DNA from: Kiritimatiellia bacterium
GTDB taxonomy: Bacteria > Verrucomicrobiota > Kiritimatiellia > UBA8416 > SLMC01
Length of the DNA: 42,839 nucleotides
Reading direction: 5' to 3'
Assembly: GCA_007134465.1 (NCBI GenBank)
Contig: SLKS01000064.1
Coordinates: 1-42,839, forward strand
The notes beneath the pieces are model-generated. The model had not been told where the DNA came from and ran no database searches. It saw only the letters and a program-made list of their open reading frames with translations. How positions within the stretch are numbered: position 1 is the first letter of the stretch; the number at the start of each line of letters is the position of its first letter. A program made the translations under genes and the position numbers. Below are positions 35,302 to 42,839 of the stretch, one piece after another.

Positions 35302-36357
35302 ATGGCTTATTTTCGCATGGGCAAACGATGCGTCGGTGAAGCGGCGCCCGTTTATATCGTAGCCGAAATAGGCGCCAACCACAACGGCGACCCCGCTCTG
35401 GCGCGAGACATGGTGTCCGCCGCCGCCGCGACCGGGGCGGATGCGGTCAAGTTCCAAATGTACAGGACAAGCAGCCTGCTGGCGGACAGGGACCGCAAGA
35501 TCGTTTGGGGCCCTCCAGGCAAGGAGCGTCGCGAGCCCATCGGCGCCATGTTCGATCGGCTTTCCCTGCCGCTTTCCGCCTATGCTCCGCTTTTTCGGCA
35601 TGCGCGCTCTTTAGGCATTACGCCGTTCGCAACTCCGTTCAGTCCGTACGAAGCCCGGCGGCTTCTGCGTTTGGGCGTGCCCGGCTTCAAAATCGCATCT
35701 TCCGACGTCGCCTACGGCGATCTACTGCGCACGGCTGGCGGCTCGGGCAAACCCGTGCTGCTCTCCACAGGGAAATCTACTCTTGGCGAAATCGAGGAAG
35801 CCGTCGCCATGCTTCGGGCGGCCCATTGCCAAGACGTGGCGCTTCTCCATTGCTCTGCGCTGTATCCGGCGCCCGCGCCGGAAATCAACTTGCGCGCGAT
35901 GGTTACGCTCGGCAGGCAGTTCCCCGATTGCGTTATCGGCTATTCGGACCACTCCATTGGCATTGCAGCCTGTCTTGGTGCGACTGCCTTAGGCGCCCGC
36001 ATCATTGAAAAACACTTCACGCTCGACAAACGCATGGACGGCCCCGACCATTGGTTCAGCGCGGATCCGGCCGAAACGGCCCAGTTGGTCAGGGAAGTCC
36101 GCTTTCTGGAACAGGCGCTAGGCTCCACCCGCAAGGGCGTGTCCGACGAGGAAAAGAAGGAACGGAAGGTATCCACCCGTTCACTCGTTCTGAAAACCGC
36201 CTTGGAAGCGGGAACCGTTTTGCGACGGACCCATTTGAAAGCAGTACGGCCCGGTTGGGGTATTCATCCCGGGGACGTGGACAAAGTAGCGGGGCTTGCC
36301 CTCCGGAAAAGCTTGCCGGCAAACAGCGTGCTGACCTGGGAGCATTTGCGCGGATAA
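35302..36357 (+). CDS. N-acetylneuraminate synthase family (NeuB/PseI-like) with SAF domain
   Basis: IVAEIGANHNGD, GADAVKFQ, FKIAS, LLHCSALYPA, GYSDHS, IIEKHFTLDK..GPDH and C-terminal RPG.GI. Confidence 0.92.
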   Translation: MAYFRMGKRCVGEAAPVYIVAEIGANHNGDPALARDMVSAAAATGADAVKFQMYRTSSLLADRDRKIVWGPPGKERREPIGAMFDRLSLPLSAYAPLFRHARSLGITPFATPFSPYEARRLLRLGVPGFKIASSDVAYGDLLRTAGGSGKPVLLSTGKSTLGEIEEAVAMLRAAHCQDVALLHCSALYPAPAPEINLRAMVTLGRQFPDCVIGYSDHSIGIAACLGATALGARIIEKHFTLDKRMDGPDHWFSADPAETAQLVREVRFLEQALGSTRKGVSDEEKKERKVSTRSLVLKTALEAGTVLRRTHLKAVRPGWGIHPGDVDKVAGLALRKSLPANSVLTWEHLRG

Positions 36358-36402
36358 CCCCGACCAAAGCAAACAGAAGACACCCCCCGACAAGGAGACC
36401 CC

Positions 36403-37326
36403 GTGGCAGTCAACCTGCACACGCATTCGCTTTTTTCCGTGGACGGCTGGCAAACGCCGGAGGCTTTGGCCGAACAGCAGGCGAGCAAGGGTGCGACCGT
36501 CCTTTCACTCACGGACCACAACACGACAGACGGATTGCCCCGTTGCCGACGCCAGGCCGAACGGCTGGGCATGCGATTTATTAACGGCATGGAAGCGGAT
36601 GCATTCTGGCAAGGGGAATCGCTCCATTTTCTTGCCCTCGGTTTCGAACTTCCGCATGCGGGGCTAGAGGCCTTTTGCCGGAGCCAATGCGAGCAATACA
36701 CGGCGAACTACGACCGAATCCACCCGCTGCTGGAATCGCGCTACGGCGTGAGCCGGGCAACCCTGATCGCCGGGCTAGCCACCCGTTATCCAACGCATCG
36801 CTTCCCGATGCTCAACCAGTGGTTCGTTCTGGACCACATGGAAAACAGCGAACGTTTCGCCGACAGAAACTCCGCCCGCGCGGCTATGAACAAACTGATC
36901 GCCGAAGCCGAACGGGGAATGGCTAAACCTTTCGACTGGGCTTCGTTTCACACCGTTCGCGATGTTGTACACGCAGCCGGCGGGATACTCCTGCTCGCTC
37001 ACGTCGCCAGCTACAGACCCGGCGACTGGTCAGGCCAATCGTCCCTGATTGAATCTCTGCTGGATGCAGGTCTGGACGGATTCGAACTGTATCATCCGGC
37101 GAATACGCGAGAGCCGCACTTTCAAACGATGGTCTCGGCAGCCCGGCAATGGGGATGCGCGGTTAGCGGCGGAACCGACGATCACGGAGATTCCGAATAT
37201 CGCCGGGCATCCGATCCTGTCGTCGCTCCCGAGTGGTTGGTCGAAACACTCGACAATGCTCTAGCCAACCAACGAGCTTTCACCAGACCGTCCAGCCCCC
37301 GTCCACAACCAGCGTGTGACCGTTGA
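36403..37326 (+). CDS. PHP-domain metallophosphoesterase
   Basis: NLHTHS..DG, LTDHNT, LAH, LDGFELYH and GGTDDHG. GTG start with AAGGAG RBS. Confidence 0.85.
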   Translation: MAVNLHTHSLFSVDGWQTPEALAEQQASKGATVLSLTDHNTTDGLPRCRRQAERLGMRFINGMEADAFWQGESLHFLALGFELPHAGLEAFCRSQCEQYTANYDRIHPLLESRYGVSRATLIAGLATRYPTHRFPMLNQWFVLDHMENSERFADRNSARAAMNKLIAEAERGMAKPFDWASFHTVRDVVHAAGGILLLAHVASYRPGDWSGQSSLIESLLDAGLDGFELYHPANTREPHFQTMVSAARQWGCAVSGGTDDHGDSEYRRASDPVVAPEWLVETLDNALANQRAFTRPSSPRPQPACDR

Positions 37327-38068
37327 CAAAACTGGCCGCATCCGAAAGAAGGAAGGCGACGGGTCCTGCGATTTCCTCCGGGCGTCCGACCCGGCGCAAG
37401 GGCACACGTTGCGCGAGCCGGTCGGCAAACTCCTTGTGCGCCTGAACCTCGGGGGCGGGGAAGGGACCGGGCGCGATGGCGTTCACGCGAATGCCGCGTT
37501 CGGCCCAATGACAGGCTGCGTAGCGGGTGAACTGGATGACGCCCGCCTTGGCCGCGCCATAGGCGGGCGGATTGTGGAATTCCTCGCAATCCCGGTACAG
37601 GTCCGGCGGCGGCGAAACCAGCCCGTACATGGAGGCGATGTTCACGATGGAACCACCCGCCGTCATGCGCCGCGCCGCAGCCTGCGCGGCCAGCATGACC
37701 TGCGACAGGCAGGCGTCGAGCGCCGCGCGCACGCCGTCCGGCGAAAGAGCGCCCAGCGCTTCGTTCCCGCCTGCGGCGGCGTTATTGACCCAGCCGTCGA
37801 GCCGGCCGCCCTGCCCCGCCGCGAAATCGAGAAAGGCGGCCAGCGAATCGGCATCCGCCACATCCAGGACTTGAAACCGAACACAACCCGCGCCGCCTTG
37901 ACGGGCCGCTTCCGCCGCCACAAGCGCCAGCGCCGATTCGGTCCGGCCGCCAATAGCGACATCGGCGCCCAGCGCGGCCAAGCCCAACGCCGTGGCCCGG
38001 CCCAGGTGCCCGCCCCCGCCGGTGATGCCCACCGTCGTGCCCGACAAATCCAATCCGTTCATTTTCAT
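37280..38068 (-). CDS. SDR oxidoreductase (PtmA-like, nonulosonate-cluster type)
   Basis: ITGGGGHLG, NNA, NIASMYG, YGAAKAG, IRVNAIAPG and VVDGGW. Confidence 0.9.
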   Translation of the reverse strand: MKMNGLDLSGTTVGITGGGGHLGRATALGLAALGADVAIGGRTESALALVAAEAARQGGAGCVRFQVLDVADADSLAAFLDFAAGQGGRLDGWVNNAAAGGNEALGALSPDGVRAALDACLSQVMLAAQAAARRMTAGGSIVNIASMYGLVSPPPDLYRDCEEFHNPPAYGAAKAGVIQFTRYAACHWAERGIRVNAIAPGPFPAPEVQAHKEFADRLAQRVPLRRVGRPEEIAGPVAFLLSDAASFVNGHTLVVDGGWTVW

Positions 38069-38166
38069 GCAGGCTCCGGGAGAATGTTTGGTGTTCGTTT
38101 TTCGTTGTTCTGGGTTCTGTTGACCTTCAGGTTTCAGGTTTCCGCCCTCATCCCTCTCTTCCTCCT

Positions 38167-38916
38167 TCATCCTGCCTCGACCGGTTTTTGTTGGATCTCG
38201 GCGTTGAGGGCAACAAGATCGGGTTGGGCATCGAGCGCGGCGACCATCTCGGGATACGAGATGGTTGGCCAGCGTTCGCCGAACAGCGCGAAGGCCTGAT
38301 CGGCCATGCGAGCGTCGGCGAGCGTATCCACCGTCCAGCGCCAGGCCGGCCGCGCCGGCCAATCGGCTGGCGGTTGAAAAGGCCAACGCCGACCGCAGGC
38401 AACGAGCCAGGACGTCACATGCGCACGATGATGCGGCTCGGCGTCCGGGATGGCCGCTTCGGCTTCCAGCAATGCTTCGGCTCGCACAATTTCCGGCGCA
38501 TAGCCGAGCGGCAAGGCGGCGTTCGTCCGATCTTCGGACAGGCAATCCGAAGATGCGGGCATTTGTTCGGTCTGCGCCAGCATGGCATCCACTACCGCAC
38601 CATCCGCAAAGGGGTTGTCGGCCGTCGCGCGGACAATCCAAGTGGGGTTGCGCTCGCGCGCAATGGCGACAAACCGGGACAGCACATCCTCGACGGCGCC
38701 GCTACACACCCGCAGCCCGAGCGCGGCGCCCCACCCTGCCGTCACCTCGTCGTCCGCCCGGTCCGTTGTGGCCAGCCACCATTCGTCCACGCGCGCCGAC
38801 CGGACAAGCCGTTGCGCCAGCACGGCCAGCAAAGGCCGCCCACCCAACGGGTATAGAATCTTGCCGGGCAACCGGCTCGATCCCATGCGCGCCTGTATGA
38901 TTCCGATCGTTTTCAT
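38167..38916 (-). CDS. SpsF-like cytidylyltransferase (CMP-nonulosonate synthetase candidate)
   Basis: IIQARMGSSRLPGK, EDVLSRF, VRATADNPF, HVT and RWTVDT..D. Confidence 0.85.
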   Translation of the reverse strand: MKTIGIIQARMGSSRLPGKILYPLGGRPLLAVLAQRLVRSARVDEWWLATTDRADDEVTAGWGAALGLRVCSGAVEDVLSRFVAIARERNPTWIVRATADNPFADGAVVDAMLAQTEQMPASSDCLSEDRTNAALPLGYAPEIVRAEALLEAEAAIPDAEPHHRAHVTSWLVACGRRWPFQPPADWPARPAWRWTVDTLADARMADQAFALFGERWPTISYPEMVAALDAQPDLVALNAEIQQKPVEAG

Positions 38917-39016
38917 TGCGACCCGATGACAGGGTGACCCGGTGACCCGCAGGCAATCATTGCGGCGGCAGAGGCCTGCCGCCCTCCATTCTTCGCGACA
39001 CCCGAATCGTCATTCG

Positions 39017-39931
39017 TCATTTGCCATTCGTCATTCCCATGCTCGGCCACTGCGACGGGTCGAGCCAGCGGTCGTCGGGCCAGGCCAGCGTTTCCGGGTC
39101 GGGCAGGCCCTGCCCGCGCCGCACCGATGTCAGAATGGCATCGAGCTGTTCTTTCGAGCAAACGCCGAGTACAATACGATCTGCGCCCGCCGTGCGCAAG
39201 GCGAAATGCAGGCAGGCGTCCAGCGGAGCGATGGCGGCCTGGCGGCAGGCGTCTCGGAAAGCGGTCAGCCTCGGGCGCAGGGCCGCGAAACTCGACGGCA
39301 GCCGTTCAGGCTCGGTCAGAAGCGCTCCTTGCAGGAAAACGGAGCGGGCATGCGTTTCCACGCCGCGCTGCCGCAGGGCGGCCAGGCGGCCATCGCGCAG
39401 GCGGCGCTGATCGGCCACGTTGAGCGGAAGCTGAACGATGCCGATTTCGTAACGGTCCATGACGGCATCGAGCTGGGCGGCGGTATACAGCGAGACGCCT
39501 ATCTTTTGCACTGCGCCAGCGGCTTGCCATTCGCGCATGGCCGCGTAGAGCCGGTCTCCGCCCGGCACAAGCAGGTCGTCGGCATGATGCACCAGCAAGC
39601 CGTACACGGACGCACGACGCAGCCGCCGACGCGACTGCGCGAACGCGTCGGCAACAGCCTTAACGTCTTCAGCAGCAACTTTGGGCTTTTTGATCGCAAG
39701 CGTTTTTGTCACAACCTCACAGCCCTGTTGGGGCAAGCAGGCGCCGAGCACGGTTTCGGCTTCGCCGTAGGCGGGCGCGGTATCCACCAGGCGCAGGCCG
39801 GCATCGAAAGCGGCGGCAAGAATGGCCGCGACCTGCGGCACGGGAACACGACCGTCCGCATTGGACAGCCCGTAATCCATGCCGAACTGGGCGGAGCCCA
39901 GGCCGAGCCGGGCGACATCCGGCGCGTTCAT
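39017..39931 (-). CDS. Aldo/keto reductase
   Basis: LGLGSAQFGMDYG, DTAPAYGEAE, KIGVSLY, VQLP and ARSVFLQG. Confidence 0.9.
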   Translation of the reverse strand: MNAPDVARLGLGSAQFGMDYGLSNADGRVPVPQVAAILAAAFDAGLRLVDTAPAYGEAETVLGACLPQQGCEVVTKTLAIKKPKVAAEDVKAVADAFAQSRRRLRRASVYGLLVHHADDLLVPGGDRLYAAMREWQAAGAVQKIGVSLYTAAQLDAVMDRYEIGIVQLPLNVADQRRLRDGRLAALRQRGVETHARSVFLQGALLTEPERLPSSFAALRPRLTAFRDACRQAAIAPLDACLHFALRTAGADRIVLGVCSKEQLDAILTSVRRGQGLPDPETLAWPDDRWLDPSQWPSMGMTNGK

Positions 39932-41094
39932 GAGAGCAGCTCCCGCAAACAGGCCACGACCCGATCCTGCTGCTCTTCGGTCAATTCCGGGAACAGAGGC
40001 AGCGTAAGAGCATCGCGCCCGTAGCGCACGGCTTCCGGACAGGACCCGTCGTCGCGCGCGCGGTGCCAGTCAAGCGCAAAGACAGGACGATAGTGCAGGG
40101 TGGCGCCGATCCCGCGCGCGCGCAGGCCGGCCAACAGCGCGTCGCGCCGTTCGGCGCTGTCCGCGCCGCGCAGGCGAACCACATAGAGGTGCCAGGCCGA
40201 CGTCCGATCGGCCCGCTGGACGAGCGGGGCAAGCGGCAGATCGGCCAAGGCGACATCGTAGCGTTCGGCCAGCGCGCGGCGGCGCGCCACGAAATCGTCG
40301 AGACGCGCCAGTTGACTGCGGCCCAGCGCAGCGTGGATGTCGGAAAGCCGATAGTTGAAGCCGAGCGCGATCTGGTCATAATCCCAGTCGCCTTCAGCCG
40401 CGCGGCCCATACAAGCCTGATCGCGCGTGATTCCGTGCGTGCGCAGCAGGGCCATGCGTTCGGCCAGTTCCGGATCGCGGGTCGTGGCCATGCCGCCTTC
40501 GCCGCAGGCGATGGATTTGACCGGATGAAAGCTGAACACGGCGATGGCGCTGTGTTCGCAGCCGCCAACCGGCCGGTCGCGATAGCTGCCGCCCAGAGCG
40601 TGCGCCGCGTCTTCGAGCAAATAAAACCCGTATTCGTCGGCCAGCGCCGCCAGCGCCGCCATGTCGCACGACTGGCCGGCCAAATGGACGGGCACGACTA
40701 TCTTGGGCAAAGCGCCCGACTGCCGCGCCGCCCGCAGCTTCCGCTCCAACGCCCGAGGACAAAGCAGCCCGGTCTCGGGCTCGATATCCACAAAAGCCAC
40801 CTTCGCGCCGCAATAAAGCGCGCCGTTGGCGCTGGCGGCAAACGTGACGGGCGACGTCCACAGCGTGTCGCCCGGGCCAAGCCCAAGCGCCAGGCAGGCC
40901 AGGTGCAAAGCGCTGGTGGCGGAATTCGTCGCCACTGCGTATGGCGCCTCGCATCGGTCGGCCAGCGCCTGCTCGAACGCAGGCGTTTCCCGACCCTGGG
41001 TCAGCCAGTCGGAACGCAAGACCCGCTCCACGGCCTCGATATCGCTTTCGGACACGCTATGCCGACCATAAGGGATGAGGCTGTTCGCATTCAT
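39928..41094 (-). CDS. pseC: UDP-4-amino-4,6-dideoxy-N-acetyl-beta-L-altrosamine transaminase
   Basis: IPYGRH..DWLTQG, NSATSALHLAC, EDAAHALG, FSFHPVK..GEGG and LGFNYRLSDI. Downstream of pseB. Confidence 0.9.
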   Translation of the reverse strand: MNANSLIPYGRHSVSESDIEAVERVLRSDWLTQGRETPAFEQALADRCEAPYAVATNSATSALHLACLALGLGPGDTLWTSPVTFAASANGALYCGAKVAFVDIEPETGLLCPRALERKLRAARQSGALPKIVVPVHLAGQSCDMAALAALADEYGFYLLEDAAHALGGSYRDRPVGGCEHSAIAVFSFHPVKSIACGEGGMATTRDPELAERMALLRTHGITRDQACMGRAAEGDWDYDQIALGFNYRLSDIHAALGRSQLARLDDFVARRRALAERYDVALADLPLAPLVQRADRTSAWHLYVVRLRGADSAERRDALLAGLRARGIGATLHYRPVFALDWHRARDDGSCPEAVRYGRDALTLPLFPELTEEQQDRVVACLRELLS

Positions 41095-41182
41095 TCCGTT
41101 CTTCCATCGTTCCGGGCGACGCTTACGGATCACAATTCACTCGCGCCATTTCCTTCCGGATTCTTGCGCCATCATTGTCATA

Positions 41183-41452
41183 AACCCGGCGACGGAGGCC
41201 CGTCGCCCTCCAGACGCCAGAACCGGCACTGGAGGGCGGCAGGCCCCTGCCGCCGGATGGCGAACCCGGCGACGGAGGCCCGTCGCCCTCCAAACGCCAG
41301 AACCGGCACTGGAGGCCGGCAGGCCCCTGCCGCCGGATGGCGAACCCGACGACGGAGGCCCGTCGCCCTCCAAACGCCAGAACCGGCGCTGGAGGGCGGC
41401 AGGCCCCTGCCGCCGGATGGTGAACCCGGCGACGGAGGCCCGTCGCCCTCCA
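41183..41452. repeat. REP/BIME-like array: 80-bp period, about 3.4 copies, 7 alternately oriented 26-bp palindromic units
   Basis: CGGCGACGGAGGCCCGTCGCCCTCCA at 41187, 41267, 41347 and 41427 alternates with TGGAGGGCGGCAGGCCCCTGCCGCCG at 41230, 41310 and 41390. A solo unit lies at 38963-38988. Confidence 0.9.
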
Positions 41453-41457
41453 ATGCG

Positions 41458-42462
41458 CTACGATGCGCGCATATCCCGCATCAGGGCGCGTAGCTCTTCA
41501 ACCGTCAGAAAGCGCTCGTTGCTGCCGCTGTTGTAGGAGAAGCCTTCGGGCACGCGACGGCCGGGCTTGCCGTTGCTTTCGCGAATGAACCGTTCCACGT
41601 CCCAACGCGGCCGTGCGGCAGGCAGAATCACGTAGTATTTGCCGAATTCGACCGTATTCAAAGCGTCCGTTTCCGTAATCATCTCCTCGTGCAGCTTCTC
41701 GCCCGGCCGAATGCCCACGATCTCGATGCGACATCCGCCATTGACGGCGCGCGCGACATCCATGATGCGATAGGACGGAATTTTTGGAACGAACAGCTCG
41801 CCGCCCCACATCTTGTCGAACGCCCACAACACAAGGTCTACACCTTCCCGCAAGGTGATATTGAAACGGGTCATGCGCTCGTCCGTCACCGGCAAGACGC
41901 CCGTCTTCTGCTTTTCGAGAAAGAACGGGATCACGGAACCGCGACTGCCCATGACATTGCCGTAGCGCACGACGGAAAAGCGAATGTCCTGGCTGCCACG
42001 ATAGTTGTTGGCGGCAACGAACAGCTTGTCGGAACAGAGCTTGGTGGCACCATACAGATTGATGGGGGCGGCGGCCTTGTCGGTGCTGAGCGCGACCACT
42101 TTACGCACACCGGCGGCCATGGCCGCTTCGATCACATTCTGGCCGCCGATGATGTTGGTCTTGACCGCCTCGAACGGATTGTATTCGGCGGCGGGAACCT
42201 GCTTGATGGCGGCGGCATGCACAACATAGTCCACGCCTTCCATCGCCATGGTCAAACGCGGCAAATCCCGCACATCGCCAAGAAAATAGCGCATGCAAGG
42301 CCATTCCGCTTGCGGAAACGCCTGCTGCATTTCGAACTGCTTCAGCTCGTCGCGGCTATAGACGATCAGCCGTTTCGGCCGATAGCGTTCCAGAACGGTC
42401 CGAATGAAACATTTGCCGAACGAGCCGGTGCCGCCGGTGACCAGAATAGACGCGTTATCCAT
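41458..42462 (-). CDS. pseB: UDP-N-acetylglucosamine 4,6-dehydratase (inverting)
   Basis: ILVTGGTGSFG, YSRDELKQ, HAAAIKQVPAAEYNP, ALSTDKA..PINLYGATK, RYGNVMGSRGSV and GIRPGEKLHE. Confidence 0.95.
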   Translation of the reverse strand: MDNASILVTGGTGSFGKCFIRTVLERYRPKRLIVYSRDELKQFEMQQAFPQAEWPCMRYFLGDVRDLPRLTMAMEGVDYVVHAAAIKQVPAAEYNPFEAVKTNIIGGQNVIEAAMAAGVRKVVALSTDKAAAPINLYGATKLCSDKLFVAANNYRGSQDIRFSVVRYGNVMGSRGSVIPFFLEKQKTGVLPVTDERMTRFNITLREGVDLVLWAFDKMWGGELFVPKIPSYRIMDVARAVNGGCRIEIVGIRPGEKLHEEMITETDALNTVEFGKYYVILPAARPRWDVERFIRESNGKPGRRVPEGFSYNSGSNERFLTVEELRALMRDMRAS

Positions 42463-42629
42463 GATATTGCCCTCTTTCCCGAACGTCACGTAGCGCCTTG
42501 TTCGCGTATTGCTGCGTCAAAAAACAAGAGGATTCGGTGGACGATCAAGGCCCAACTCGTTATCCGTTCTCGTCGCCGCTCTCGTTAACCGAAACTCTGG
42601 CCTTTCCCCTCCCTTGGATTGCAGGGGAA

Positions 42630-42692
42630 GCTTGCGAGGAATCTCCGCGAAGCGGCCTATGGCCGAGATTTCTCGCTGCGCTCGAAATGACA
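42630..42692. repeat. REP-like palindrome (GCGAGGAATCTC ... GAGATTTCTCGCTGCGCTCGAAATGACA)
   Basis: Same family as the interior of the element at 16638-16763. Confidence 0.7.
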
Positions 42693-42741
42693 CCTCGCTC
42701 GGATGTGTTACCCTGATTTTAACCTAAGTGGAGCAGTTGAT

Positions 42742-42839
42742 TAACCGCAAAGAGCACAAAGATCGCAAAGAAAGACAGTTGTGCAGTTTTATGGCCACAC
42801 CAATCGGGTGTTAGGGCGCATCTCTGCAAGCTGTTCTCC
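42742..42839. repeat. Left part of the dispersed palindromic element at which the contig ends
   Basis: 42765-42839 matches 1-75 with 2 mismatches. Confidence 0.9.

Noticed and set aside
41183-41452. CRISPR array
   Set aside because: The intervening sequences are near-identical rather than unique spacers, units alternate in orientation, and there are no cas genes. It fits REP/BIME.
1-42839. Circular element, plasmid or prophage suggested by the terminal direct repeat
   Set aside because: The repeat has 2 mismatches (an assembly circle overlap would be exact), the content is chromosomal (hflX, lpxK) and there are no rep, integrase or phage genes.

Overview
GC-rich bacterial chromosomal contig, probably from the PVC superphylum: it carries a Verruc/Plancto-restricted protein, a long LpxK and a URO-D-like protein, and a Kiritimatiellia/Verrucomicrobia-type origin is my inference. 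It has three parts. (1) 0.3-15 kb is housekeeping and envelope genes: URO-D-like, Aas-like acyltransferase-ACP-acyl ligase, LplT-like MFS, YkgJ, hflX, waaF, lpxK, TPR, amidase, O-antigen ligase-like, HIT and a beta-barrel. (2) 15-31 kb is a fragmented flagellar locus: fliR, SprA-related gene, fliQ-fliP, fliO, a PAS hybrid kinase, flgL, flhA and flhF-flhG-orf-fliA. (3) 31-42.5 kb is a pseudaminic-acid-type nonulosonate/flagellin glycosylation cluster: pseB, pseC, AKR, SpsF-like cytidylyltransferase, SDR, NeuB-like synthase, ATP-grasp, methyltransferase, PHP and a large glycosyltransferase. The most striking non-coding structure is in the flagellar region. Six modules each have their own sigma54 (-24/-12) promoter, directly abutted by dispersed repeat cassettes. 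Eight copies of one ~30-38 bp repeat (four per orientation) bracket the flagellar modules as nested inverted pairs, including a perfect 38-bp pair exactly enclosing promoter-flhF-flhG-orf-fliA. Intergenic DNA also holds MITE-like palindromes, a REP/BIME-like array and many 7-9-mer tandem repeats. Both contig ends lie in copies of the same 75-bp repeat. No rRNA, tRNA, CRISPR, transposase or recombinase was seen. All calls come from motif recognition by eye; no database searches were run.
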